A stretch of 45,700 nt of DNA, filler included, from Jimgerdemannia flammicorona (Eukaryota), in the NCBI GenBank assembly GCA_003990765.1. It is 2 parts of 2 records of this genome, joined end to end, with 100 filler letters (N's around TTAATTAATTAA, not from the genome) between each part and the next. Parts side by side here need not be neighbours in the genome. Positions count along the whole stretch, not along the records: positions 1 to 22,811 come from RBNJ01001202.1; 1 more part is not named here. One strand, given 5' to 3'. The notes beneath the pieces are model-generated. The model saw nothing but the letters and a program-made list of their open reading frames with translations. It ran no database searches and was not told the DNA's origin. Shown piece after piece: positions 1-10,177 of this stretch. The number at the start of each line of letters is the position of its first letter. Position 1 is the stretch's first letter. The position numbers and the translations under genes were made by a program.

Positions 1-1393
1 CCTTTCTTTATTAAAACACCTATCTATCCTCTATAAAATACACTGTGCCTACTCCTTTCTGATCCCACTAGTGGGCCCCCCTCCCCCCATCCCCTCATGA
101 TGAAAGATAACTTTGTCATTCACCATCTCCACCTACTCACCACTTTGTTCACAGATCTCTTCCACCAGATGGTGATGTTGCTCACCCTGGGGACTCCAAC
201 CAACCTACCACCTAGTCAGCAAATCTCCCATCAACCCCTCCTACCTTAACAACTTCTCCTGTATACCTATTTATTACCTCTCTTTGAAAACAAAGAGCTA
301 ATATTCAGCCAGCCCTACCTATACCACTAAAACCTACTCTATAGTGAGCCAACCATTGCTCACACTACCTACTAACTGAATCTCAAATCCTTCCAGTGAT
401 CTCTCTCTCTATCTGACCTCCTCTCTACCTCCAGCTGGTCCCCTACCATTATCCAAAAGTCCCCCAGAACCTCACACTCTCCTAGCCAATGTTCTGGTAT
501 CTATACAAATCCCCCAACTTGCCCTACATTATAACACTTCTCACAATTCAATTGGCCACCATCCACCAGATGCCCAGCATGAAAATTCAACATAATATTT
601 CTCTGCAGCATCTGCCACCATACTACTCAGAACTTGGGAAGAAGCCACCTCTGCACCTCAGCACTCTGTGACCAGACTCCTGCCCAGTCTCATTCTTCAC
701 CAATCCTCACTATCTGCCAACTACTCAGCCAAAGATCCTGGCCAAGACCCCGCTGACACTCCACCCCATCACTAATATCAAACTCAGTAAGTAGTATACC
801 CCCCAGAAGCAGTCTGTCTCATTTCCACATAGCTGGGCCCCACAGCATCTCCCACTCATTACTTTGCCAGTGCAGGCTGATTCAGTGTACTCCATCCACC
901 ACCCCCCACCAGAAGCTCTTATACCATAGCAATTAGCTTCCATCCAGACTCACCAGAGAGAGCAAATCTCTCCAGGACTCTTGTGGGGAGAACCTCATCT
1001 CCTATACCTTCTATATCAGCAGCACCCAACTCTGTCTCTGCAAATCAATAGCCCATTTCAACCACCATGCTTGCAGGCAGTGCAGCCTCTTAGGAAAGTC
1101 CACTAGGTCTAGCCCTCTCTGAATCATGAGTGTTGCCAGAGTGTTCCAACTTATCTGAGACTATCTTCCTGCCCAAATCTAATCTCTAGCCAGTTTCATC
1201 AGTATCTTCACCACCCAAGCTAGAAAGTTCAAATGATATGCAACATACCACAGTTTAGAGAATCAGTAGATATTCAGGATAGATATCTGGCCTGCTAGAG
1301 AGATGTAGTGACCTCCCCAATCTCTAAGAGCCTTCTCCCAAATGGCCACCCTCCTTTCCCACCACAACTATGGCAAGACAGAATCATATACAG
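1..1393 (-). pseudogene. LINE A ORF2, C-terminal part (post-RT region and Cys-rich C-terminal domain)
   Basis: Continues from 10178 across the Gypsy insertion. Reads WQMLQRNIMLNFHAGHL..CEKC and is homologous to the distal part of LINE B. Confidence 0.8.
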
Positions 1394-1759
1394 TGTCATG
1401 TAGTGGTCGCTGAGTCCTTTAAATATGTCTGATTCTCTTCAAGGTGTATCTCTTAGACTAACTCAAGTTTGTTATAAGCAAGTTCTTATTGGAGTGCCTT
1501 TCCAAGGTCTTATAGTCCTCAAACTTCTTATCTTTTAAACTGTCTTGTTATCTCTTAGATTGCTTGCAAGGAATTGTGTGTCAGTGAACTTGACTGACTT
1601 TATTTCAGAGTAAATAAGAGGAGTATTTATACAAAATATAATTCAATGGTTGCTAAAATATAAAGTTGAATATAAATTCCAATAACTAAAATAAAATGCC
1701 AGGACAGGAAAAACTGCTAAGTTCCAGGGTTGGCACTGATGGTTGTACAGGTTCAGGAT

Positions 1760-1883
1760 GCTGGTATAATTTTAGTGTTACAGGAAAATGGTGCTGGAAT
1801 AATTCAGTGTTACATCAGAATGCTGGTGCTGGCATAACTCAGTGTTATATCAGAATACTGGTGCTGGCATAACTCAGTGTAAC
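1760..1883. repeat. About 3.5 tandem 32-35 bp repeats in G1 U3 (also ~9025-9148)
   Basis: Units TGCTGG(C/A/T)ATAA(C/T)T(C/T)AGTGT.. start at about 1760, 1792, 1827 and 1862. Confidence 0.85.
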
Positions 1884-1892
1884 CAAAGAGCT

Positions 1893-2720
1893 TTAGAGCA
1901 GAATGTTCAAGACTGTAGGGGCTTCATCCTTATCATCACTGAAGGAGATGAGATCTGTGAATTTGTCATCATCATGTCAGTCACACATTTTGTGTACTTC
2001 ACGTGTGTTATGTAAGATGACATCATTGCTGATAATGTCATCATGTTCAGCAGTGGTGGGGGCAGGAACAAGGTGATCTGGAGCTCTCCAGTCTATGAGA
2101 TTCTCTTCCACAAAATAGGGAACAAATGTGGAGTCTTGGAGAGGTCTAATCTGAATTCTTGGGCCTTGGAATACTGAGATCAATTCTTGCAGGAATTGAT
2201 CTGTGTGGTCCTGGAGAATGGGATGCCAGAAGTCTTCTACTTCATCACTATTGAGGGTGATAGTGGACTGGGCTTCTGTAGCCACTCTGGCTTCTAGTGT
2301 ATCAATATGGCAGGCTGACAGGTCTCTGAAATCTGAGACTCTAACATACTCAAAGTTGGGGATTGACCATGGTGCATGCCTGAAGATCTGATGGATCTTC
2401 TTAGCTATTCTTATTTCATGTATATCCATGGGAGTGGTATCTTGTAGCTCTTGAGTGCTGGTCTGTGGAAACTCCTGGCAGAGTAGGTTTCCTATTTGAT
2501 ACTCCTGCCATATTTGGAGGTATTTGGTAGTAATGGTGATCCTTGTTTCCATTTCAGGGCAGTAGAGGATATAATGATAAGAGTCACCAGTACCCAGGTT
2601 CACACTAGGAGTCCTTCTTGTGTGGGTCCTCATGGTCCTTCTGATGTCTTAGAATATCCTTTCTTCAAATGAGGTGCCTTGGTGGTTTCTTGACCTCAAG
2701 GTTTCATGAGCAGCAGGCAT
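1893..2720 (-). pseudogene. LTR(U3)-encoded protein of unknown function, ~275 aa, two premature stops
   Basis: ATG at 2720 is in frame with the 218-aa track ORF 1977-2633 and continues to DEAPTVLNILL* at 1893. The same protein is found in the other two G1 LTRs, and a homolog is at 39977-40903. Confidence 0.85.
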
Positions 2721-3275
2721 GTTGTTTATAGTAAGTCTTTGAGCTATTTTGGGATTGGTAGGTCTTCTTGGTTGCTGCTACTGCAGTTCCTTGATCCTTC
2801 TTTTATATTCCTCAAGATATCTATACTGTAGTCACAATGACTCACAGTTGGTCATCATTGCTCATCTTATATGCCATATGATCTTCTTGTGCTCCAATCT
2901 GGTGGCTTGTAAGGAAAGACTGTCTTCTGTGCTGATGTCATCATTCTGGGGTCACTGTTACATCATCTTTCTGAATAAGGATCTTCTTGAGCATCCTTAT
3001 TCATTGATCCAGTCCTGAAAAATTTGCTGATCTCATAACCTCTGGCAAGGGGTCAAAAAGTGATATTTATAGACTGGTGTCTTCTCTATGTATTTTGGCA
3101 TGATGGTGAAGGGTCACTCCCTTTATATAGAGCAAGGGCCTGATTCTGATCTTAATCAATCAGTTGATAGTTTGAACTCCTCTGGCTTTGAAAGTCTCAT
3201 AGATGAGTAGTTGCTAGTACCATATCTCTTAGAGAATGGTCCAAACAGATAGCCTGCTGGTCATGGAACATGCTG

Positions 3276-4400
3276 TTATGATTTGCAGACTAGAACCTCA
3301 TGGGCAGTTATCACGTTTTGCTTCTCTTATATAGGTTCATAGTACTTCTTGAGTCTGTTCCTATATACTGTGGTAGGCAGTATGGTCTCTGAGATTTTTC
3401 TAAGCCAGAAGGTAGTTTCCTTGATATCTTGCATATAGAAGGGTCCTTCCTATTTGGGCTCCAGTTTTTATGATCATGAGACTTCTACTATATTTCAATA
3501 CAGTAGGACCTTTTCTCCAATTTGGATGGGTTCTAGGGTCTTGTGATTCTTTTCTACATTTTTTTACATCAGCGATTGTGACTTTATGATGTAATTTTCA
3601 GCCTTCTTCCTGATTTGGTATAGTCTCCAGATTTCTGCATCGACCCATCTCTAAGTTAGGTCTAGATTTATAGCTGAGGTTCTATCAGAATCTTCTTCTC
3701 CAAAGAGCAGTTCTCTTAGGGTAAAGTGTGTACTCTGTGACTATATGTCTCATAGGACAGAGAGGGCAGTTGGGAGGTAGTTATCCCAATTCTCGTATAT
3801 CTCTGAGATCTTTACCAGGATGTTCATAAGGGTCTTGTTGGTTCTCTCTGTCTGTCCATTTCCTTGAGGGTGGTATGCAGTAGTCTTGATGTGTTGGATC
3901 TTGTATTTCTGATATATTATCTCATGGAATCCATTGATTAATTCTGTACTGTAGTCTGTTGTGATTTGCTTCAGTGTCTTGTAGTGGCAGATGATTTCTC
4001 GGTACAGGAAGTCAGCTATAGAGAGGGCATTGGCTTCTTGTAATGTTCCTGCTTCTATCTATTTGGTAAAGAGGTCTACAATAACTATAATATAGCAGTT
4101 TCCTGATAGTGTTACTAGTAGTGGCCCAATGATATTCATTGCAATGTAGTGGAAGGGGATAGGCTCAATTCTTGATGACCTGGGTGCCTGGTCTTACTGA
4201 TCTTGTTTCTGTTTTTGGCACTTGTCACACCCTTTGACAAATTGGTGCAGATCTTCTTCCATCTAAGACCACTATATGGTTCTTCTTGCCTTATTATATA
4301 TGTTGGTTCCTCCTAGGTATCCTTGCTCATGTATTTTCTTCATTACTTGATACTTCTTATATTTAGGTATTACTAGCTTTCCTCCTTTTCTGAGTGTAGT
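3276..4400 (-). pseudogene. G1-1 integrase
   Basis: Zinc-binding region (IHEQGYLG...CDKCQK), core motifs IIGPL and TTAYHPQGNGQTERTNKTL, GPF motif, terminal NRLKKY. Many stops. Confidence 0.92.
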
Positions 4401-4515
4401 GTTGTCTAGTTCAAACTGTTTCCAAGTCCTGTTGATGATGGTGATTGTCCAGGGTTCAAGGTAGTTGGACATCATCCACTTCCCAAGATAGCTAATTAAT
4501 CTATAGTATAACTCC

Positions 4516-5790
4516 TTATTCATGTTGAGTAATCTTGATGGGAGTGTTTTGAGGTGTCCTTGAGAGTGCATCAGCATTGGTGTTGGTTCTTCCTGAGCAG
4601 TACTTGATAGTACAGTCATACTCTTGCAGCCTGTAGATCCATCTGACATATATTCCTTTGGGGTTCAGAGTATAGAATAGCCAGGCAAGAGTGGAATAGT
4701 CTGTTTGTATAGTGAAGTATTTTCCAGCTAGGTAGTAGTGGAACTTGTCTACTGCCCAAACTACTGCTAAGCATTTGAGCTTGTATAACTTGTAGTTCTG
4801 TTCTGCTCTGTGGGTACCTCGGCTTGCATAGGAGATGACATATTCATGTCCACCTTTCTTCTGAGCTAGGACTGCTCCAAGTCCTATTGTACTTGCATCT
4901 GTCTGCAGGATGAATTCTAGATTCCAATCTGGTCTTCTGAGGATAGGTGCTTGGGTCAACCTGATCTTGAGTTTATTGAAGGTTTCTTGGCATTCCTTGG
5001 TCCATTCAAATTTGATTTCCTTCTTCAGTAGCTCATAGATAGGTGCTGCAATATTGGAGTATCCTTTGATAAATCTTCTGTAGTAGCTGGCCAGTCTAAG
5101 GAAGGTATGGACTTCTGTGGTCATTCTGGGTCTTGGGTAGGCTGCAACAGCCTCAATCTTCATGGGGTCTGTATGGATTTCAGTCTGGTTGATGAGGTAT
5201 CCTAGATAGGCAATTTTTTGAGCTGCAAACTTGCATTTCTTGGGCTTGATGTAAAGGCCATGCTCCTTGAGCTTCTTGAGGGCTAGCTGTATATGATTGA
5301 TATATTTACATGCAGTGTTGCTGAAGATGATCACATTATCAATATAGATAAAGAGCCATTTTCCAATCTCATTGCTGAAGACTCTGTTCATCATTCACTA
5401 AAAACTTGCTGGGGTATTATACATTCCAAATGGCATTCACAGGTAGATATAGGTGGCATCAGGTGTGATGAAGGCTGATTTCTCACTGGTATCTTGAGTG
5501 AGACCAATCTGATAGAAGCCTGAGAACAGATTCAAGGTGGTGTAGTATTTGGCTTCACTTTCAAGGGTGGTGAAGATTTCTTGAATATTTGATAAGGACT
5601 GCCTATCCTTCCTGGTGATGGCATTGAGCTTCCTGTAGTCAATGCAGAGTCTTGGTGCAAACTCTCCAGACTTGCTTCCTTTCTTTGGGGTGAGGACAAT
5701 GGGTGAAGCCCAGGAACTGATAGCTTGCTTGATGATTCCATTTCCTTGAGTTCTGCTCACAGCTATTCTCTATAGGTAGGTGGCATGGGT
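4516..5790 (-). pseudogene. G1-1 reverse transcriptase and RNase H
   Basis: SSWASPIVL, RLCIDYRKLNAIT, FIYIDNVIIFS (decayed YxDD), KCKF, FILQTDASTIGLGAVL, ADALSR in track ORFs 5437-5760 and 4516-5394. Confidence 0.97.
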
Positions 5791-6027
5791 CTGGCTTTCT
5801 GGTAGATAGACTTGGTATCACCAGTATCAACTTCATGGTAGTACTTGGGTTCTTGATTGTGGATATCCCTGAAGTCTATAGCAAGTACTCCTTTGTTCTG
5901 GTACAGGATCTTGAGAAGTTGTTCTTCCAGGGGAAAGTTTTCTCCAATAGTATTTGTGTACTTGTTCTGGTCCTTGTCTTTCTTGTGTTCAAGTTCAGTA
6001 ATCTTAGTAGTGGCATAGGCTCCTCTT

Positions 6028-6440
6028 CCAGTGGATCCAAAGCCTTGTTCTTCTCTCTTGGTCTTGATGAGTTTGATGGCTTCAGTGATCTTGGGTTTCT
6101 TGATTTCATGGATCAGCACCTGGCCAATCCTGTCATGCTTCTTGACTTTGAATGGGGTGGTGGGGTTGTGATTCCTGACTATGAGGAAGATCTCACCAGT
6201 GTAATCAGAGTCAATTACTCCTCCTTCAACTGAGATTTTGCTTTTGGCCAGACTGCTACTGATCTTGATAATTCTGGTATAGTTCTCTGACAGCTTGACT
6301 CCAATTCCAGTGCCAAGTAGGGTGATGGTCTGTGGTTCAAGGATAGCATCTTGAATACTGGAAAGGTCCATTCCTATGGCTCCTTCAGTCTTGTATTCTG
6401 GGATCTTGGCTTTGGGGTAGAGCTTCTTGACTTTGAGAGT
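6028..6440 (-). pseudogene. dut: dUTPase domain within G1-1 pol, between protease and RT
   Basis: All five trimeric dUTPase motifs in order: AIGMDL, SSSLA, GVIDSDYTGEI, DRIGQ, R.EQGFGSTG. Confidence 0.95.
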
Positions 6441-6789
6441 GATATCTGGTTCTTATTCCTCCTCATCATCACTGTCAGCTTGAAGCTCTGGGGGCTGGTC
6501 ATCTTCTTTGGCTTTCCTTTTTGCTTTAGTGGCTTCTTGCTCATGTTTCTGTTGATGGATTTTCCTGACTTCACTGATACAGGACCAGCAGTCTTTCAGG
6601 TATTCAGAGCAGTACATCCTAGTACCATGGGGGCATCTTCCTTGAGGGATATAGCTATTGATAATCTTGTTATACCACTGCTCATCTGTGAGCTTGGGTA
6701 TCTTGTTCTTGTTCTTATTCACTGAGTGCATGAAGACTACAGTGTCCTCTTCATCTCTTTTCTCCATGTCTGATAGGACTCCTTTGTGG

Positions 6790-7135
6790 ACATTGATAGA
6801 GACTTGTATCTTTCTTCCTCTATAGTTGATCTGTATCTTCTGAGCATTGAGGTCAATGATGGTCTTGGCCTTGTGAAGCCATTGGTTGCTAATGAGAATG
6901 TCATATTTGGTGGCACTTATAACAATCACATTCACTGAGATGGTAGCTCCTCTTATCTTGATGGGGACTTCTTGAATTTTCCCAAGGAGGGTAGCTCATG
7001 TACTACATATCTGCTGTAACATAGACTATCTTGGTGGACTCTTCAATGTCCTAGCCTAGGCAGTCAATTGCCTTCTTGCTCATGAGGCATCCTCAAGCAC
7101 CAGTATCATTGATGGCATCAAAGATACAGTCTTCC
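6790..7135 (-). pseudogene. G1-1 aspartic protease
   Basis: DAINDTGA catalytic motif and YDILISNQWL..KTIIDL (decayed ILG.DWL motif). Confidence 0.88.
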
Positions 7136-7699
7136 ATCTGACATAGGGTATAGGCTGATGTCTTGCACTGGTCTTCAGATTCTTCACCTGAGTTTTTGGA
7201 TTCTTCCTGTGTATTGTGAGCTTCTATAATCTTATACTCTTGATTCTTGGCAGTAGTTGCAAGTCCTACTCTCAACTGCTGTCTGAAGGCAGGGACTTCA
7301 GCTAGCTGTCCAAAAGTAGCATTGACCTTCTGTTTCTTGAGGTCCTTGTAGATATCATACTAGTGGATCTTGGTCTTGTGCAGCTTCTGTTCCTTCTTGC
7401 TTTTGCTTTCTCCAAAGACTGGAGTAGTGCCTTCAATGATTTGGCAGGCAGCTTCATCTAACTCCATGTCTTGATCAATCTCCTCAGGTTGAGTCTTGTT
7501 TTGAATAGTGACAGCTGGGGTCTTCTTTGGTCTTCAAACTGGCTTGCTGTTGCTCTTCTTGCCATAGGGCTTGGACTGGGTTCTGGTATCTTCAGTAGCA
7601 GGGTAGAATTCAAGCTTCTCATAATATTCTTCATCATCAGTATCACCAATCTCCTCGATGACTACTGTATTGGTTTGTTCTCCAGTTCTGCTAGCATTG

Positions 7700-8639
7700 C
7701 TTGGTTGGACTTTACATCTTATTTCAGTTATACAATTCTTTGCATAGTGGCCTTCTTCTCCATATCTGAAGCATGTGATATTGCATTCTTCTGTAGCAAC
7801 TGCAAATCTCTACACTAGTCTCCTGTTGGCACTTCAGACTTCTCTAACAATATCACCAAGGTGTGCAGTCATCTTAGTAAACTGCTTGATGAGTTCCTCC
7901 ACTGGGTCAGCTTTAGGTGCCTTGGGGGTAAGTGGGGTTGGTTGTCTGTTTACAACTGTAGCAGGTATGATACTAGTTGGCTTTGATGGCTCCATCTTGA
8001 TGCCAGTTATTTTCTCTATTGAGTGTTCGGCAGGATGTCTGGCAGTCCAATATCTCTATGCAAAGACCACTTTCTGATCAAGGATCAGTACTGCTGGGGT
8101 AGACCAGATTTCTAGAGAAATTTCAAGGTGAACTCCTTTGAGAAAGGTTGAATCCACTATTTGTTCTTTGAGGGCATCATCATAGCCAGCCAAGACAATC
8201 TGGTGGCAGATTCAGGTATAGAATGAGTTGGGATCTTCACTAAGTCCCTGGTAGATAGTGTTGAGTTGATCCTTGAGAGCTTGCTTGATCTCTTCAATAT
8301 AGTATGTTATTCTGAGGAAGGCTTTCATGTTGGCAAATTTGGCTGCACCATTATTAGCAATAGTGACTGTATTGAACTTGTCTCTGGCAGGTCCTCTGAG
8401 GCTGACTGGTAGAAGGGCCAATTGTGCATCTACACCAAGGGCTCATATGGCAGCAAATTGTTCAAATTCTTAATAAAGGTCAGGATTGACTCTTCAGTAG
8501 TATATTCATAGAATATGGGGAGGTGCATTTCTATCTCATCTTGAATTCTTGCAGGGGTGACTCTTGTAGTCAGAGTAGTTATTGTGGTAGTTATGTATTT
8601 ATTTTTCAGCTTAAAAGTGAGGGATTCATCTTGAATCAC
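7700..8639 (-). pseudogene. G1-1 gag (capsid and CCHC knuckle), frameshifted
   Basis: SLRGPARDKFN and L..I.QG.SE...FY resemble the gag at 42636. Knuckle TCFRYGEEGHYAKNC at ~7735-7780. Confidence 0.8.
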
Positions 8640-8655
8640 CAGCCAATGGGCACCA
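8639..8655 (-). promoter_or_regulatory. G1-1 primer binding site (tRNA unassigned)
   Basis: TGGTGCCCATTGGCTGG begins 3 nt after the terminal CA of the 5' LTR; TGG is complementary to tRNA CCA. Confidence 0.7.
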
Positions 8656-8658
8656 AGT

Positions 8659-10173
8659 TGTCACATAGTGGTTGCTGAGTCCTTCAAATATATCTGATTC
8701 TCTTCAAGGTGTATCTCTTAGACTAACTCAAGTTTGTTATAAGTAAGTTCTTATTGGAGTGCCTTCCCAAGGTCTTATAGTCCTCAAACTTTTTATCTTT
8801 TAAACTGTCTTGTAATCTCTTTGATTGTTCATAAGGAATTATATATAAGTAAACTTAACTGACTTAATTTTAGAGAAAATAAGAGGAGTATTTATACAAA
8901 ATATAATTCAATGGTTGCTAAGATATAAAGCTAAATATAAATTCCAATAACTAAAATAAAATGCCAGGACAGGAAAAACTGCTAAGTTCCAGGGTTGACA
9001 CTAATGGTTGTACAGGTTCAGGATGCTGGTATAATTTCAGTAGTATAGGAAAATGGTGCTGGAATAATTCAGTATTACATTAGAATGCTGGTACTGGTAT
9101 AACTCAGTGTTACATCAGAATGCCAGTACTGGCATAACTCAGTGTAACCAAAGAACTTTAGAGCAGAATGTTCAAGACCATAGGGGCTTCATCCTCATTA
9201 TCACTGAAGGAGATGAGATCTGTGAATTCATCATTATCGCTGATGACATCATCATATTTGGCAGGGGCGAGGGTGAGAACAAGGAGATCTAGAGCTCTCC
9301 AGTCTATAAGGTTCTCTTCCACAAAATAGGAAACAAATGTGGGGTCTTGGGGAGGTCTAACCTAGATCCTTGGGCCTTGGAATACTGAGATCAATCCTTG
9401 CAGAAATTGATCTGGATTGTCCTGGAGAATGGGATACCAGAAGTCTTCTACTTCATCACTATTGAGGGTAATAGTAGACTGGGCTTCTGTAGCCACCCTG
9501 GCTTCTAGTGCATCAATATGGCAGGCTGACAGGTCTCTGAAATCTGAGACTCTAATATACTCCAAGTTGGGGATTGACCATGGTGCATGTCTGAAGATCT
9601 GTTGGATCTTCTTAGCTGTTCTTATTTCGCATATATCCATGGGAGTGGCATCTTGTAGCTCTTGAGTGCTGGCCTGTAGGAACTTGTAGCAGAGGAGGTT
9701 TCCTATTTCATACTCCTGCAACATTTGAAGGTATTCAGTAGTAATGGTGATCCTTATTTCCATTTAATGGTAGTAAAGGATATAATGATAAGAGTCACCA
9801 GTACCCAGGTTGACACTAGGAGTCCTTCTTGTGTGAGTCCTCATGGCCCTTCTGATGTCTTGGAATATTCTTTCTTTGACTGAGGTACCTTGATAGTTCC
9901 TTGACCTCGAGGTTTAGTGAGCAGCAGATATTTTATTTATGGTAAGTTTTTGAGCTAATTTGGGAGTGGTGGGTCTTGTTGGTTGCTACTACTATGGTTC
10001 CTTGATCCTTCTTTTATATTCCTCAAGATACCCATATTGTGGTCACAATGACTCACAGTTGGTCATCATTGCTCAGCTCATATGCCATATAATCTTCGTG
10101 TGCTCTGATCTGATGGCTTGTAAGGAAAGGCTGTCTTCTATGCTGATGTCATCATTCTGGGGTCACCATTACA
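8659..10173 (-). repeat. G1-1 5' LTR (1515 bp)
   Basis: Direct repeat of 1394-2962, differing mostly by transitions plus one 54-bp deletion. Confidence 0.97.
9158..9931 (-). pseudogene. LTR-encoded protein, copy in G1-1 5' LTR (start decayed to ATA, several stops)
   Basis: Track ORF 9362-9763 is near-identical to 1977-2633 and ends at the same VLNILL* stop. Confidence 0.8.
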
Positions 10174-10177
10174 ACAG

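Larger units (their letters stand above)
1394..2962 (-). repeat. G1-1 3' LTR (1569 bp)
   Basis: Aligns end to end with 8659-10173 and with the reverse complement of 17726-19252. TATAAATA at 1631-1624 and AATAAA at 1604-1599 on the minus strand. Confidence 0.97.
1394..10173 (-). mobile_element. Ty3/Gypsy LTR retrotransposon G1, copy 1 (full length, decayed, dUTPase-bearing)
   Basis: Two direct LTRs (1394-2962, 8659-10173) with TGTAA...TGACA termini on the minus strand. 4-bp TSD ACAG at 1390-1393 and 10174-10177. Domain order gag-PR-dUTPase-RT-RH-IN. Confidence 0.97.

Noticed and set aside
1893..2720. LTR ORF as an env gene
   Set aside because: No signal peptide, transmembrane segment or furin-like site is visible, and it lies wholly within the LTR.
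1893..3271. One continuous ORF from the integrase stop through the LTR ORF
   Set aside because: ATG 3271 is out of frame with 2720 in G1-1 and stop density in that frame is near random. Any stop can be reverted by T>C, so reversibility alone is not evidence.
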